Shown: positions 47,174-57,920, counted from the first letter of the stretch. The stretch is DNA of 64,000 nt from a virus (IMGVR_UViG_3300027917_000019:64001-128000); one strand, 5' to 3'. Program-made: numbers and translations. The notes: generated by a model from the sequence alone, not told the origin.

Positions 47174-47877
47174 GCAAAAAAGAAAAGAAGGCATTGGACC
47201 TCTTGCAGAAACCTGTTCACGTGGCTATATTGCGTCCTGCACACGTACAGAAGCTGGCACAAGAGGGGAAGTTGCCACAGAGACTTCTGTCCATCCCCGT
47301 GCGCAACATACCGGATCTTCCAGACGGAAAGCCGGCGCCTACAGAGAAGCCGGTTGCAAGCTATGCTGCAGCGGCGCGGAGAGGTGCTAAGGCGCGTAGA
47401 GAAGTGATGCTTCGCACCAAGCTTCACGTAATCCATAACAACGTGCCCCCGTTGCCAAAAGACCAACAGCCTCCTTGCCATGATTGTAAAAACTCAGCGT
47501 GCTGTTATGCCTTCATGGTCAACATAACGGCAGAAGAATACGAAAGTGGGTTGTACGGGGATTACGCAGTAAAGCTCACACACAAGGACGCTGAAAATCT
47601 TGGTGACGGAAGGTTTGCTCGTATTGCGACAATGAGGACACCGGCTGTACACGACATAGTTGAAGGGCAGCCACAATACTATCTTGAAGGCCCTGTAGGG
47701 CGTGCATGCCCGATGCTTCAGGAAGACGGGAAGTGTGGCATTTATGAGAAGCGACCAATTACTTGTAGGGTTTACACCTGTGTTGGGGATAAGCGCATAA
47801 CTGAAGAGATGAGAAACGGCGATATAGACATTGAAGAAGCGTTGATGAACTGGATGGTGGACTATCGTGCTGAGTGA
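47170..47877 (+). CDS. YkgJ-family Cys-cluster (Zn/Fe-S) protein
   Basis: CHDC...CC...CPML..GKCGIYEKRPITCRVY.C. Confidence 0.85.
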   Translation: MSKKEKKALDLLQKPVHVAILRPAHVQKLAQEGKLPQRLLSIPVRNIPDLPDGKPAPTEKPVASYAAAARRGAKARREVMLRTKLHVIHNNVPPLPKDQQPPCHDCKNSACCYAFMVNITAEEYESGLYGDYAVKLTHKDAENLGDGRFARIATMRTPAVHDIVEGQPQYYLEGPVGRACPMLQEDGKCGIYEKRPITCRVYTCVGDKRITEEMRNGDIDIEEALMNWMVDYRAE

Positions 47878-50065
47878 AGTCAAAGAATATGATGTAGTCA
47901 ATCAAGTTCCTATGACTCGTTTTGACGGGGTAGAGCATTGCAAGCTTTACCTAGTTAACACCAAGTCTGAGTGGAGCGCTTTCTTTGAACTTCTTATGAA
48001 GCAGAAATTGGTAGCGTGCGATACAGAAACTAGCGGGTTTCATTACTTCAAGGATGATAGAATTTGCGGTCTTTCCTTTGGTTGGGGGAAGACCCATTTT
48101 TACATTCCTGTTAGACATCTTGAATCTATTACAGGCGGTCCTCCTCCCCCACAGTTGTCCATGGATGACATTCGTGAGGACCTCATAGCCTTCTTTAGTC
48201 AAGAAGACGTTTGTACCATTTGGCACAACTGGAAGTTTGACGCGCATTTTTACCGCGCTGATGGAATTGAGATCCTAACGAAGATTCACGATACGCGCAC
48301 CTTGTGGCACTTCTACGATGAGAATGCTCCTGGAAAACTAAAGGTAATCGCATCAGGTTGGACAGACGATTTGGGGCGTAGGCACAGAGGAATCGTTCAT
48401 AAGGCTGCCAACTTGTCTGAAAAGCAAATTGATAAGTGGCGTTCTGAAGAGGCGAGGGCTAGACGTAAAGCGTTTTCTGCGCTTGTGATGCAGAAGGCAG
48501 ATGAGCTTCAGAGAGATCCTAAGTATCAAGGGTTCAATCGTAGAGACTTGAAGAAGTCTATAGCGGTTCCTATGCTGAAGAACCACATCTATTATGACGC
48601 ACATAAGGATGATGTTCACTACGGATATATTCCCGTTCCGTTGATGTGTAGGTATGCTGGTTTGGATACTTTCCTAACATGGTCTATATATGAGTATGTC
48701 ATGAGCAACATGAACTTTACTCGTAGACTTCAAAAGCTGTATAACAACGAGATCAAGCTCGCGCGCGTCCTAATGGAAGCTGAGGAAAAGGGCGTACTAA
48801 TCGATAAAGACTACCTAGAAGACTTAGGGCAACAATACGACGCCGATGTGGAGAAGCTTGAGAAAGAACTCTGCAACCAGCTAGGCAACATCAACATAGG
48901 GTCTAATTCGCAACTCGCTGAGGCACTTCTTGCTACAGGAGTACCTCTTACAGCAAAGACAGACTCAGCTAGAGACTGTGTTGCCTGTGCACAAGGTACT
49001 TGTGTAGAACACTTCTCTGTAGACGCTAAAGCTCTCAAAAAGTTTGAGCACAACTACCCAGCGGTTAAGCTAATACTCGAACATAGAACCCTTACAAAGT
49101 TGAGGAATACCTACGTAACCGGCATTCTCAACAAACTTACGGACGACAACATCCTACATTGCTCGTTCAACCAGAACGTGAAGACTGGACGAATGTCGTC
49201 CAATGACCCCAACCTACAAAACATCCCTGGGCGTGATACAAGCATACGTAGAGCATTCGTTTGTCCTGGTGATGATTGGGTTTTTGTATTCTTAGACTAT
49301 TCACAGGTAGAAGTTAGACTAACCGCGCATTATTCACAGGACCCCCTGCTACTAGACGCATATGCAAGAGGTCAGGACGTACACACACGCACTTTCTGTG
49401 AGATGTTTGGGCATGAGTACTCAGAAGTTGTTGCGGTATTAGCTAACGAGACACACCCCAAATATAAGGAATACTCCGCACTTCGAACCATTGCTAAGCG
49501 CATCAACTTCGGAATCATCTATGGTGTAGGTGCTCCCGGTCTTAGTGAACAGATCCCTCGACCCAAGCAGCACGAACATCTTAGCAACCGAGAGTGGGTC
49601 AAAGTTTGTCAAGATTTCATCGACCAGTATTTGGACAAGTATCTAGGAGTAAGGCGTTTTGTAAATGAAGGCAAGCGTACCGTTAGGCGTTACCAACAGA
49701 TGGAGAATTCCTTCGGTCGCATTCGTCATCTACCACACGCGAAGGCATGTAGAATCCTCCAAGATAAGAGCAAGTTCTGGCTAGAAGCACGCGCAGGAAG
49801 ACAAGGTGTCAACTTCTTGATTCAAGGTGATGCTGCAGACGTGTTTAAGACAGCAACCGTCAGGGTGGCTGAACTTCTTCGTGGAAAGAAGTCTCATATC
49901 GTGAACTTTGTACACGACGAAATTCAGATATACATGCACAAATCTGAGATTCCCTTGCTCAAAGAAATCAAACGACAGATGGAGGATTTCCCCCAGTTTA
50001 CCGTACCTCTACTAGTCGATATACAGTTCAGCACAACAAACTGGGCTTCAAAGGAAAATATCTAA
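47867..50065 (+). CDS. polA: Family A DNA polymerase with 3'-5' exonuclease
   Basis: Exonuclease motifs DTETSG, HN.KFD, YAGLD; TGRMSS.DPNLQNIP; motif A DYSQVE; motif B R..AK.INFGIIYG; motif C VHDE. Confidence 0.96.
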   Translation: MLSEVKEYDVVNQVPMTRFDGVEHCKLYLVNTKSEWSAFFELLMKQKLVACDTETSGFHYFKDDRICGLSFGWGKTHFYIPVRHLESITGGPPPPQLSMDDIREDLIAFFSQEDVCTIWHNWKFDAHFYRADGIEILTKIHDTRTLWHFYDENAPGKLKVIASGWTDDLGRRHRGIVHKAANLSEKQIDKWRSEEARARRKAFSALVMQKADELQRDPKYQGFNRRDLKKSIAVPMLKNHIYYDAHKDDVHYGYIPVPLMCRYAGLDTFLTWSIYEYVMSNMNFTRRLQKLYNNEIKLARVLMEAEEKGVLIDKDYLEDLGQQYDADVEKLEKELCNQLGNINIGSNSQLAEALLATGVPLTAKTDSARDCVACAQGTCVEHFSVDAKALKKFEHNYPAVKLILEHRTLTKLRNTYVTGILNKLTDDNILHCSFNQNVKTGRMSSNDPNLQNIPGRDTSIRRAFVCPGDDWVFVFLDYSQVEVRLTAHYSQDPLLLDAYARGQDVHTRTFCEMFGHEYSEVVAVLANETHPKYKEYSALRTIAKRINFGIIYGVGAPGLSEQIPRPKQHEHLSNREWVKVCQDFIDQYLDKYLGVRRFVNEGKRTVRRYQQMENSFGRIRHLPHAKACRILQDKSKFWLEARAGRQGVNFLIQGDAADVFKTATVRVAELLRGKKSHIVNFVHDEIQIYMHKSEIPLLKEIKRQMEDFPQFTVPLLVDIQFSTTNWASKENI

Positions 50066-50775
50066 TGGATGAGACCCTAACCTCTATTACTATCATTTTG
50101 GATCGTTCCGGCTCCATGAGTCCTCTTCGAAACGACGTCATCGAAGGTGTGAATGCCTTCATTCGAGACCAGCAAAAGACAGAAGGCAAGGCTACCGTCA
50201 GCTTGGTGCAGTTTGATGATCGCTACGAAGAGAACTACATGAATCTTCCTCTTGAGAAGGCTGAGTTCCTTTCTGAGGAAACTTACGAACCTCGCGGGCT
50301 TACTGCACTCTTGGACGCTGTAGGGCGTTGTGTCAAGAATGCTAAGCAGCGTGTAAAAGAGATGCCCAAGGCTAAACGACCTGCAAAGAACATTGTCTTG
50401 ATATTCACAGACGGTGCTGAAAATGCTTCCCAAGAGTGGACTAAGGAAAAGGTGGCAGCACTGGTAAAGAAGCAAGAAGACAAGCACAACTGGAAGTTTG
50501 TATTCTTGGGGGCTAATATCGATTCCTTTGGCACCGCCTCTTCATACGGAATCTCTGCTGGATCTACATCCAATTTCAACGCAAGCTCCAAGGGCATCAG
50601 GTCTGCTCTTTACGGCGCAAGTAATGCTGTAACATACGCACGTAATCAAAGCACAGAAGAGTATACTGAAACAGCAACTCTTCTTAGGAGTGCGGGTGTG
50701 GATGAGAACATTGACGACAACTCTGTTACTGGAACAGAATTCGACGTAACAACTAACACAGAGGAAAACAAGTGA
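50065..50775 (+). CDS. Stand-alone vWA domain protein
   Basis: ILDRSGSM, VQFD, PRGLTALLDAVG, IFTDGAENAS, W.F.FLGAN. Confidence 0.88.
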   Translation: MDETLTSITIILDRSGSMSPLRNDVIEGVNAFIRDQQKTEGKATVSLVQFDDRYEENYMNLPLEKAEFLSEETYEPRGLTALLDAVGRCVKNAKQRVKEMPKAKRPAKNIVLIFTDGAENASQEWTKEKVAALVKKQEDKHNWKFVFLGANIDSFGTASSYGISAGSTSNFNASSKGIRSALYGASNAVTYARNQSTEEYTETATLLRSAGVDENIDDNSVTGTEFDVTTNTEENK

Positions 50776-51026
50776 AAGAACTACTTAGGCCGACATATCG
50801 ACGTGTTACAGGGATACACGTCGATGCTCAACCTGCTGGGAATCCTGTTCATGTAAATGATTGTACTGTAACGGTAGCACAACACTGGACAGATGCGTCA
50901 ATTACAGACCTCACAGTATTCCTGCTCAAGTTTGTAGTAGCTGCCGTTCCGGCAGTGGCTCTTACCTTCCTAATCTACATGCTAACCTTTCTAGCTGTTG
51001 CAACAGCTTCAGGACTGCTGCGATGA
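50772..51026 (+). CDS. Small membrane protein
   Basis: C-terminal hydrophobic helices; coupled on both sides. Confidence 0.6.
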   Translation: MKELLRPTYRRVTGIHVDAQPAGNPVHVNDCTVTVAQHWTDASITDLTVFLLKFVVAAVPAVALTFLIYMLTFLAVATASGLLR

Positions 51027-51511
51027 GTGATGAAATACTAGATCAGGAATATGATGTCGATGGTGTAGCTCATCGCTCAGAGTTGGCGAAAGATCTTGAC
51101 ATTGATCGCTTGAATTTGAGTGAGGAGTTCGAAAAGCACAGTAAGCGCTATGCTTGGTATGCAACTGCTTACGAACTATGCCTTGACAAAGAACGTCGCC
51201 TCAAGGCAGAGCTAGGCAGGGCGTACGCCCATTTGGATGCTCAAGCGCGTGCCAACATGACGAGTAATGGCATTCGTATCAGCGAAAAGAAGGTAGAAAA
51301 CATGGTAATTACTGCCTCTGATTATGTGGCGCTCCAAGAGGAATATCATGAAGCGCAGCGCATGACAGGCTTGCTAAAAGCTGCTCGCGATGCTATGATC
51401 AGCAAGAAAGATTGCCTGGTATCACTAGGCGCCAATATTCGTGCGGAACTTGCTAGTGACCCTAGCCTCCTTCAAGAGATGTACCGCACAAAACACGGAA
51501 ACCAGAAGTAA
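51023..51511 (+). CDS. UvsY-like recombination mediator
   Basis: Helical protein (DLDID..NL..E...A.Y; SEKKVE..V; L.SLGA..RAE) upstream of SSB and RecA. ATG 51023. Confidence 0.7.
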   Translation: MSDEILDQEYDVDGVAHRSELAKDLDIDRLNLSEEFEKHSKRYAWYATAYELCLDKERRLKAELGRAYAHLDAQARANMTSNGIRISEKKVENMVITASDYVALQEEYHEAQRMTGLLKAARDAMISKKDCLVSLGANIRAELASDPSLLQEMYRTKHGNQK

Positions 51512-51541
51512 CTATTACAACCCGTACAATGGAGAAAAACC

Positions 51542-52414
51542 ATGGGACTAGATTGGGATAAACTAAATCAGCAAAAGCAACGTCTTGATACAAAGCTCTC
51601 TAAGGGTGGAGGTGGAACACGCGCCAGATTCTGGAGACCCCAGGATGGCGAAAACCGCATCCGCATCATGCCCAGTTGGACTGGAGAAGGCGACTTCTCT
51701 GGACAGTTTTGGCGCGAAATCGGACAGCATTGGAATGTGTCCGAGGAACAGCGCGGTCCTGTTCTTTGTCCAAAGAACACGCCGTACCTTACAGGGCCTT
51801 GTCCTATCTGCCAATTCGTTGACGAACTAAAGAAGTTGAAGAGTGATACGCACGCTCAGGAAGTAGCAAAGGATTTGCGTTCTAAGACGGCGTTCCTTCT
51901 CAATATCGTTGACGTCAACGATCTTACGTACACAGCGGCAGACGTAGCCGAGTTTAAGAAGGCTCGTCCTGAAGCTGATGTACCGTTCGAGGTTGGTCAC
52001 GTAAAGGTACAGGTTTATGCTTGTCCCTCTACAGTGTTCAATCAGATCTTGTCCACCATCCAGGTAAACGGAACAGACGTTACTGACCCCCAGGCGGGCC
52101 ATGACGTCACCATCCGCAAGTCTGGTAAGGGACTGAAGACTCGCTACGAAACGACTATCGTGCTTAAGAGCACAGTAGCCCCGCCCGTAGAGACTCTTCC
52201 TGATCTTAGCAGCGTCGGGTATTCTATGAGCGTGGAAGATCTCACTGATCTTCTTGCAGGTGGTGCGGGCGTGGAGTTCATGTCCACGTTTAAAAACGCC
52301 CTGCCTACTGCTACATCACTTGTAGGCGCTCCTAGGGACGACGAAGGGGAAGACGATGGGAGTGACGAAGATGCCGCCGCTCTCAGGGAAAAGATGCTAG
52401 CTGCTGTTAGCTGA
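51542..52414 (+). CDS. Single-stranded DNA-binding protein (T4 gp32-like)
   Basis: FW.P..G.N.IRIMP, H..C..CPIC zinc site, D...G.D..I.K.G..TRY, acidic tail. Confidence 0.85.
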   Translation: MGLDWDKLNQQKQRLDTKLSKGGGGTRARFWRPQDGENRIRIMPSWTGEGDFSGQFWREIGQHWNVSEEQRGPVLCPKNTPYLTGPCPICQFVDELKKLKSDTHAQEVAKDLRSKTAFLLNIVDVNDLTYTAADVAEFKKARPEADVPFEVGHVKVQVYACPSTVFNQILSTIQVNGTDVTDPQAGHDVTIRKSGKGLKTRYETTIVLKSTVAPPVETLPDLSSVGYSMSVEDLTDLLAGGAGVEFMSTFKNALPTATSLVGAPRDDEGEDDGSDEDAAALREKMLAAVS

Positions 52415-52421
52415 TTTGTTG

Positions 52422-52470
52422 TGGGTAGGTCTAGGGCGTTGAGTTTAGCGCCCTAGATCTACCCATTTTT
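52422..52470 (+). terminator. Rho-independent terminator
   Basis: TGGGTAGGTCTAGGGCGTTGA pairs with TTAGCGCCCTAGATCTACCCA (about 20 bp, with G-U pairs), followed by TTTTT. Confidence 0.85.
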
Positions 52471-52483
52471 CTTGGAGACAACT

Positions 52484-53494
52484 ATGAACAAAGAAGCAGC
52501 AAGACAGGCAGCGATTGCCGCAATTGAAAAAGCGTTTGGTAAGAATACAATCACAGCCGCTAGTGACTATGCTGCTCCTGATGTAGAAGTTATTCCCAGT
52601 GGTTCATTGGGAATTGATTTCCTATCGGGAATTGGCGGGTACGCTAGAGGGCGTATCATTGAGATTTACGGCCCCAATGCCAGCGGTAAGACAACACTCA
52701 CACTACACGCTATCGCAGAAGCCCAAAAGAGGGGCGGTAAGTGTGCGTTTGTAGATGCAGAACATACATTTCATCACGATTACGCACAAGCCATCGGTGT
52801 AAACTTAGAAACCCTAGACCTACACAATCCCGATTCTGGTGAAGAGGCTTTGGAAGTGGTGGATATTCTAACGAAGTCCACTGCTTACGATCTGATCGTA
52901 ATCGATTCAGTGTCTGCCCTCGTACCTAAAAAAGAGATAGAAGGCGAGATGGGCGACAGTCATGTGGGGCTTCAAGCACGCCTCATGGGACAGGCTTGTC
53001 GTAAGCTTGCCGGGTCTGTTAGTAAGACAGGAACTACTGTCATCTTTTTGAACCAACTTCGTACAAAGATTGGAGTCATGTTTGGCTCTCCTGAAACTAC
53101 AAGCGGTGGAAACTCTTTGGCCTTCTATGCTTCCCTTAGACTAGACGTTCGTCGCATCGGTAGCATTAAGTCTGGAGATACTGTCATCGGTGGGCGTACT
53201 CGTGTTAAGGTCGTAAAGAACAAGTTGGCGGGTACTTCATACGCTACGTGTGAGTTTGACATGTACTCCAACAATGAATATGGCGCTGGAATTTCCTATC
53301 ACGGAGAGGTTTTCGAGGCTGCTGTAAAGCTAGGAATCATTGACAAAGCAGCGGCTTGGTACTCTTACAACGAGGAACGTCTAGGACAGGGCAAGGATAA
53401 TGCAGTGTTGGCCTTGAAGAAGCATCCTGAAATATTTGCAGTAGTTGATGCCGCTGTTCGAAAGGAGCTTGGTCTTGTCAAAACCGCTGATTGA
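52484..53494 (+). CDS. recA: RecA recombinase
   Basis: [56 protein letters not shown]. Confidence 0.96.
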   Translation: MNKEAARQAAIAAIEKAFGKNTITAASDYAAPDVEVIPSGSLGIDFLSGIGGYARGRIIEIYGPNASGKTTLTLHAIAEAQKRGGKCAFVDAEHTFHHDYAQAIGVNLETLDLHNPDSGEEALEVVDILTKSTAYDLIVIDSVSALVPKKEIEGEMGDSHVGLQARLMGQACRKLAGSVSKTGTTVIFLNQLRTKIGVMFGSPETTSGGNSLAFYASLRLDVRRIGSIKSGDTVIGGRTRVKVVKNKLAGTSYATCEFDMYSNNEYGAGISYHGEVFEAAVKLGIIDKAAAWYSYNEERLGQGKDNAVLALKKHPEIFAVVDAAVRKELGLVKTAD

Positions 53495-54590
53495 ATTGGT
53501 CGCTTTTTCGGACCTACACGCACACAATTACCGCTATGGCAGTAAGCGTGTGCCTCACCCAAATGCTGGTGGCTTGTTCAATAGTAGGTTGTTGGACTGC
53601 GTTTCTGTTCTACGAGATATAGAGAAGTACTGTGTTGACCACGTTATCAAACACGTACTTTTCGGAGGGGATTTGTTCCATCGCAGGTCCGTACTGCATA
53701 CCGATGTCTTTAATGTGATACATCGTGAGTTCGCAAGAATGAATCAACTGCACTTCACAATGCTTCCAGGAAATCATGACTATAGTGATAGAACTGGGCA
53801 CATTCATTCTCTTGAAGCGTTTTCTCAACTGCCGCATGTAGATGTTTTGGACAAACACAAGCGCTATCTATTTGATCCTGAAGATCATAGTACCTGTATG
53901 GCTATTCTCCCCGTTCCGTACACAGATGATCGAGAGGAAGCGAAAAAGCGTTTAGAGCACGCTGGTGAGCTTGCTGAGAACCAAAACGTACCCACACTTC
54001 TTTTGGCGCACCTGGGTATGCAGGGAGCAACTGTAGGAAGCGACTATGTACTTGTTTCAGATTCAGATATAGGGGTAGCTGATGTCCCGTACGAAAAGTT
54101 CACTGCCTGCCTCTTCGGACACTACCACCAACACCAACAATTGTTTAGAAACGGTTGGTACATCGGAGCCACCCATCAACACAACTGGGGAGACGCAAAC
54201 ACAAACAGAGGATTCTTACACATCAGAGTCTTCGACGACAGAATTGAGTTTGTTCAAGTCCCTACTAGTGCCCCACGCTTTTTCAACATACAAGAAGTCG
54301 ACCCTGACGCTGTGGAAGTTCACCCACGTGATTTCGTTCGCTATCATACGAGAGCAGGGGGAATCAGGGACGTTCGTGAAGTGGAACAAAGATACAATAA
54401 CCACCACGTGGAAATTATCGAACACAACGAAACCGAACAAGAAGATCTCAGACTCCCTGAAGGAACTCTTGAACCCCGCGCACTGGTCGAAAGCTGGGTC
54501 AGCTCCAAAAACACCGACAAAGACTCCACAGAAGCCAAAATAGCGTTGGGTAAAGAGCTGCTAGCTGAGGCAGAGGATGAGGTACTATGA
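53475..54590 (+). CDS. sbcD: Mre11/SbcD-like nuclease subunit
   Basis: SDLH, GGDLFH, PGNHD, H, GHYH. AAGGAG RBS before TTG 53475. Confidence 0.88.
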   Translation: MSKPLIELVAFSDLHAHNYRYGSKRVPHPNAGGLFNSRLLDCVSVLRDIEKYCVDHVIKHVLFGGDLFHRRSVLHTDVFNVIHREFARMNQLHFTMLPGNHDYSDRTGHIHSLEAFSQLPHVDVLDKHKRYLFDPEDHSTCMAILPVPYTDDREEAKKRLEHAGELAENQNVPTLLLAHLGMQGATVGSDYVLVSDSDIGVADVPYEKFTACLFGHYHQHQQLFRNGWYIGATHQHNWGDANTNRGFLHIRVFDDRIEFVQVPTSAPRFFNIQEVDPDAVEVHPRDFVRYHTRAGGIRDVREVEQRYNNHHVEIIEHNETEQEDLRLPEGTLEPRALVESWVSSKNTDKDSTEAKIALGKELLAEAEDEVL

Positions 54591-54856
54591 GCAATCAAAT
54601 AATCATTACAGACTCTCAGCAAGTGTTTCAGATCGACTGTAATGTTGATCTCGTTGTGCCTGACGACGGGACTGAATACCATTCTGCAGACCTTGTGTGG
54701 GCAGGAGCTTTGAACTCTGTTCGTAAACATGCCGAAGGACTAGTAGTTCCCGGCAAGAAATATTCGGTCAAGGTTATAGCAGTCATCATTGAACTACCTG
54801 ATGAACTTGAAGATACTACAAAGGGGCTAAATGAGGTTTCTAACACTACACGCTGA
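54587..54856 (+). CDS. Hypothetical protein between the SbcD- and SbcC-like genes
   Basis: 89 aa, ATGA coupling. Confidence 0.6.
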   Translation: MSNQIIITDSQQVFQIDCNVDLVVPDDGTEYHSADLVWAGALNSVRKHAEGLVVPGKKYSVKVIAVIIELPDELEDTTKGLNEVSNTTR

Positions 54857-56756
54857 GAACTTCATGCGTTTGGGGAATGTTTCCCTTCCTTTAGATGGTC
54901 AAGGATTGGTTCTCCTTCTTGGTGAAAACAGGGATGCTTCAAAAGCTTCTAGCAACGGAGCCGGTAAGAGCGCTCTTCTCGATGCCCTCTGTTGGTGTTT
55001 GTGGGGGAAGACTATCCGTGGTAAGAAGGACGACGGTGTTGTTCGTAGAGACGTAGGGCGAGACTGCAAGGTCGTGGTTGAGTGGTTGGACGGAGACTCT
55101 CACTACCGCGTGACTAGATATCGTCTACACACCGGTCCTGAAGCTAAGAAGCCGAACGATGTGGTCTTTGAGGTGAATGGAGAGACTGACGACGGCGCAG
55201 GGATGGCCAAGACTCAGGAGCGCATCATAGAGGCTCTAGGGCTGTCATTCAGGACCTTCCAGGCCATGATGCCAGGTGCTGGGGTCAAGGTGGCAGAGTT
55301 GACAGACGGGGGCGTCAAAGAGCTTCTAGAGACCCTCCTACAGATGGACGTCATCTCCAAAGCACAAGACATCACGAAAAAGAAGCTGGCGGCAATCTCT
55401 GAAGACCTCTTGAATAAGAGAAGAAAGGTCCAACAACTTGAGACCAAGGCTGCAGAGTATCGAGAGCTTATTCAAACGTACTCAGAAGCACAGAAGTCCT
55501 TTGAAGAGGATAAGCGCAAAGAGGTCTTAGACGTTCAGGCAAAGATAGGTGATTTGCTAGATCGTAGAGAACAAGTCCTCGTACGAGTAAAAGCAAAGGA
55601 AGAAGCCCAGAAGACTTTAGACAACGTAACCGCCCGTGCTAGCACCCTTCGTGACGAGAAGAGAGCGGCGCTTATAGCAGAAAAGCAACACAATATTATC
55701 TTGGCGGAATACAATGCAAACTCCAGAGAAACAATTGCTGGGCTTAAGACTGAACTTAGACTTCTCAACGATAAAATCACCAAACTCAAGGGGTTGGGAG
55801 ACGTGTGTGACCACTGCGGCCAAACTATCTCTGGAGAATATAAGTCCCAACAGACGGTTAGGAATCAAGCTGTTTATGAAAAGGCGCTTGAAAATTGTAC
55901 AGATGTAACTGCAAGAATAAACGAGAGTCGAATAGCTTTAGAGGCTAATTGTAGGGCTGCAGAAACAACTGTAAAGAAGCTCTCAGAAGACATTGCTCTT
56001 CTCAACAATCAAGCTATGGAGTTGAAGGCGACTATAACAGACGGGGAGTATGCACAGCGAGAAGCTGACGACTTGTGGGTACAGATGGGCAGCCTTTCTG
56101 AACTTCAGGATGAGATAGTTGCTCGCACAGCACCTTTCAAGGGGCTTATTGCAAACGCAGTAGATAATGAATACGAAATAACTGCTGAGAGTCTTGAAAT
56201 CAAGGCCGCCATAAAGGACCTGGAAGTAACAGAAGAGAACCTCAAGTTCTGGGTTGAGGGTTTCAGTGCTAGAGGTCTTAGAAGCCTAATGTTACAGCAC
56301 GTTACGCCGATACTAAATTCCCGCGTTAAATACTATGCAGACATCTTGACAGACAGTGAAATGACTATCAACTTCTCCACAGAGAGACAACTTCGTAGTG
56401 GTAAGACTAAAGAGGAATTCACCGTTCAAGTGATCCAAAAGGATGGTGATGACTCTTACTGCGGGTCTTCTTCAGGAGAAAGAGCTAAGGCCGATCTTGC
56501 CATTGCGTTCGCATTGGGGGATTTGGCTCAACTCCGCGCGAATAAGAGGATATCTTTCCGTTTCTTGGACGAGCCTTTCGAGTCTATCGATGCCACAGGA
56601 CATGAGAGTATCGTTAGACTTCTCAACGAACAAAGGCTACAATACTCCACCGTTTTCTGCATCACACACAAAGAGTCTTTTCAACAACTGTTTCCCAAAG
56701 CCTTTAAGGTGGTAAAGGAAAACGGTGTTTCAAGATTGGAGCAAGCGCATGAGTAA
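54831..56756 (+). CDS. sbcC: Rad50/SbcC-like ATPase
   Basis: SNGAGKS, coiled coils, CDHC zinc hook, SSGE signature, FLDEPFESID, ITH. Confidence 0.92.
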   Translation: MRFLTLHAENFMRLGNVSLPLDGQGLVLLLGENRDASKASSNGAGKSALLDALCWCLWGKTIRGKKDDGVVRRDVGRDCKVVVEWLDGDSHYRVTRYRLHTGPEAKKPNDVVFEVNGETDDGAGMAKTQERIIEALGLSFRTFQAMMPGAGVKVAELTDGGVKELLETLLQMDVISKAQDITKKKLAAISEDLLNKRRKVQQLETKAAEYRELIQTYSEAQKSFEEDKRKEVLDVQAKIGDLLDRREQVLVRVKAKEEAQKTLDNVTARASTLRDEKRAALIAEKQHNIILAEYNANSRETIAGLKTELRLLNDKITKLKGLGDVCDHCGQTISGEYKSQQTVRNQAVYEKALENCTDVTARINESRIALEANCRAAETTVKKLSEDIALLNNQAMELKATITDGEYAQREADDLWVQMGSLSELQDEIVARTAPFKGLIANAVDNEYEITAESLEIKAAIKDLEVTEENLKFWVEGFSARGLRSLMLQHVTPILNSRVKYYADILTDSEMTINFSTERQLRSGKTKEEFTVQVIQKDGDDSYCGSSSGERAKADLAIAFALGDLAQLRANKRISFRFLDEPFESIDATGHESIVRLLNEQRLQYSTVFCITHKESFQQLFPKAFKVVKENGVSRLEQAHE

Positions 56757-57138
56757 TCGCGACCCTATTGTTGCTTCAAGGAATCCAAAAGGTCCTGGAG
56801 TAGTAGATATTAGCGGCGGTGAGTGGAAGTTTGGGTATCACGGCAGCCTTATCAAGAAGGCGCTATATGAGAAGGTTGGAATGCTTGAGGAGGCCACCAA
56901 AGACATTCTGAATCAGCTTGAGAGAGAATTAGGGGCAAACATGAGCGATGTTGCTGCGCTGTTGGTGGCGGTACATTCTCCCACAATGAACACAAAAGCT
57001 CGCTATATAAAGGCTTTGTGTGAGCGTGCTGTAGAGCTAGATACGATGCGATCTCGTCTTGCGAGGGCTGCTAAAGGGTTTAACGACGACATGGTATACG
57101 TAATCTCACTTTCCGATATGGAAGAGATGGGACTATGA
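56749..57138 (+). CDS. Hypothetical protein
   Basis: GGAG RBS, ATG 56749. Confidence 0.6.
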   Translation: MSNRDPIVASRNPKGPGVVDISGGEWKFGYHGSLIKKALYEKVGMLEEATKDILNQLERELGANMSDVAALLVAVHSPTMNTKARYIKALCERAVELDTMRSRLARAAKGFNDDMVYVISLSDMEEMGL

Positions 57139-57920
57139 AGAAGATTGTGGGGATTTCAGGACAATTGGGTAGTGGCAAAGACAGCGCTGCTGACCGACTA
57201 GTTGATGAGTTTGGTTTTGTGAAGGTAGCCTTGGCTGACCCTCTCAAGCGTTATGCATTTCGCGTGTTTGATTTTACAGAGCAGCAGTTGTGGGGTCCTA
57301 GCGAGTTTAGAAACACACCTGACGGGAGATCACGATTTCATACCTGGTGGGCAGACGTAACCGAGAGAGCGGCAGAGTACAATCCTGTTTTTGTTGAAGA
57401 GCTTTTTCCAGAAGAGGGGGATGTAAAGACGGCTGCCTTAGAAGCTCTAGAAGGGTGGTTGAAGCTACTTGCAACCGAGCACCCACGCCTTAGTCCCAGA
57501 GTTATGCTACAGTCGCTAGGTACAGAGTGGGGCAGAACTGTAAAGTCAGACATTTGGATTAGTCATGCTATCGAGGTTTCAGAATATTTGTTAGAGGGCG
57601 GGTTAGTTTACGATCGCTTAGCAGGACTTTTTACTAGTGAGGCATCTGATCCCCCGTCTGGAGTAGTCATTTCTGATGTACGTTTCCACAATGAATTGGA
57701 GCGTATCAAAGAAGCTAATGGCTTTCTCATCAGAATAAAGCGTCCCGATACAGACAATCGAGCAGGTGTTACGGGGATCGAGGGACATCCTTCTGAGAAG
57801 CAACAGAAATCGTTCGATGATGAGCTTTTTAATTACGTCATTGTTAACGACGGAACACTTGACCGCTTCATCGCTGATATTGACACAGCCGGTTTTGTGT
57901 TGACAGGTAGGGCTAAGTGA
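57135..57920 (+). CDS. Deoxynucleoside monophosphate kinase
   Basis: GISGQLGSGKD, ADPLK, PRVMLQSLGTEWGR, VVISDVRF.NE, HPSE, NDGT. Confidence 0.9.
   Translation: MKKIVGISGQLGSGKDSAADRLVDEFGFVKVALADPLKRYAFRVFDFTEQQLWGPSEFRNTPDGRSRFHTWWADVTERAAEYNPVFVEELFPEEGDVKTAALEALEGWLKLLATEHPRLSPRVMLQSLGTEWGRTVKSDIWISHAIEVSEYLLEGGLVYDRLAGLFTSEASDPPSGVVISDVRFHNELERIKEANGFLIRIKRPDTDNRAGVTGIEGHPSEKQQKSFDDELFNYVIVNDGTLDRFIADIDTAGFVLTGRAK

Noticed and set aside
54082-54543. 153-aa alternative-frame + ORF inside the SbcD-like gene
   Set aside because: It is a Thr/Ser/Lys-rich by-product of local codon bias, with no RBS or motif.
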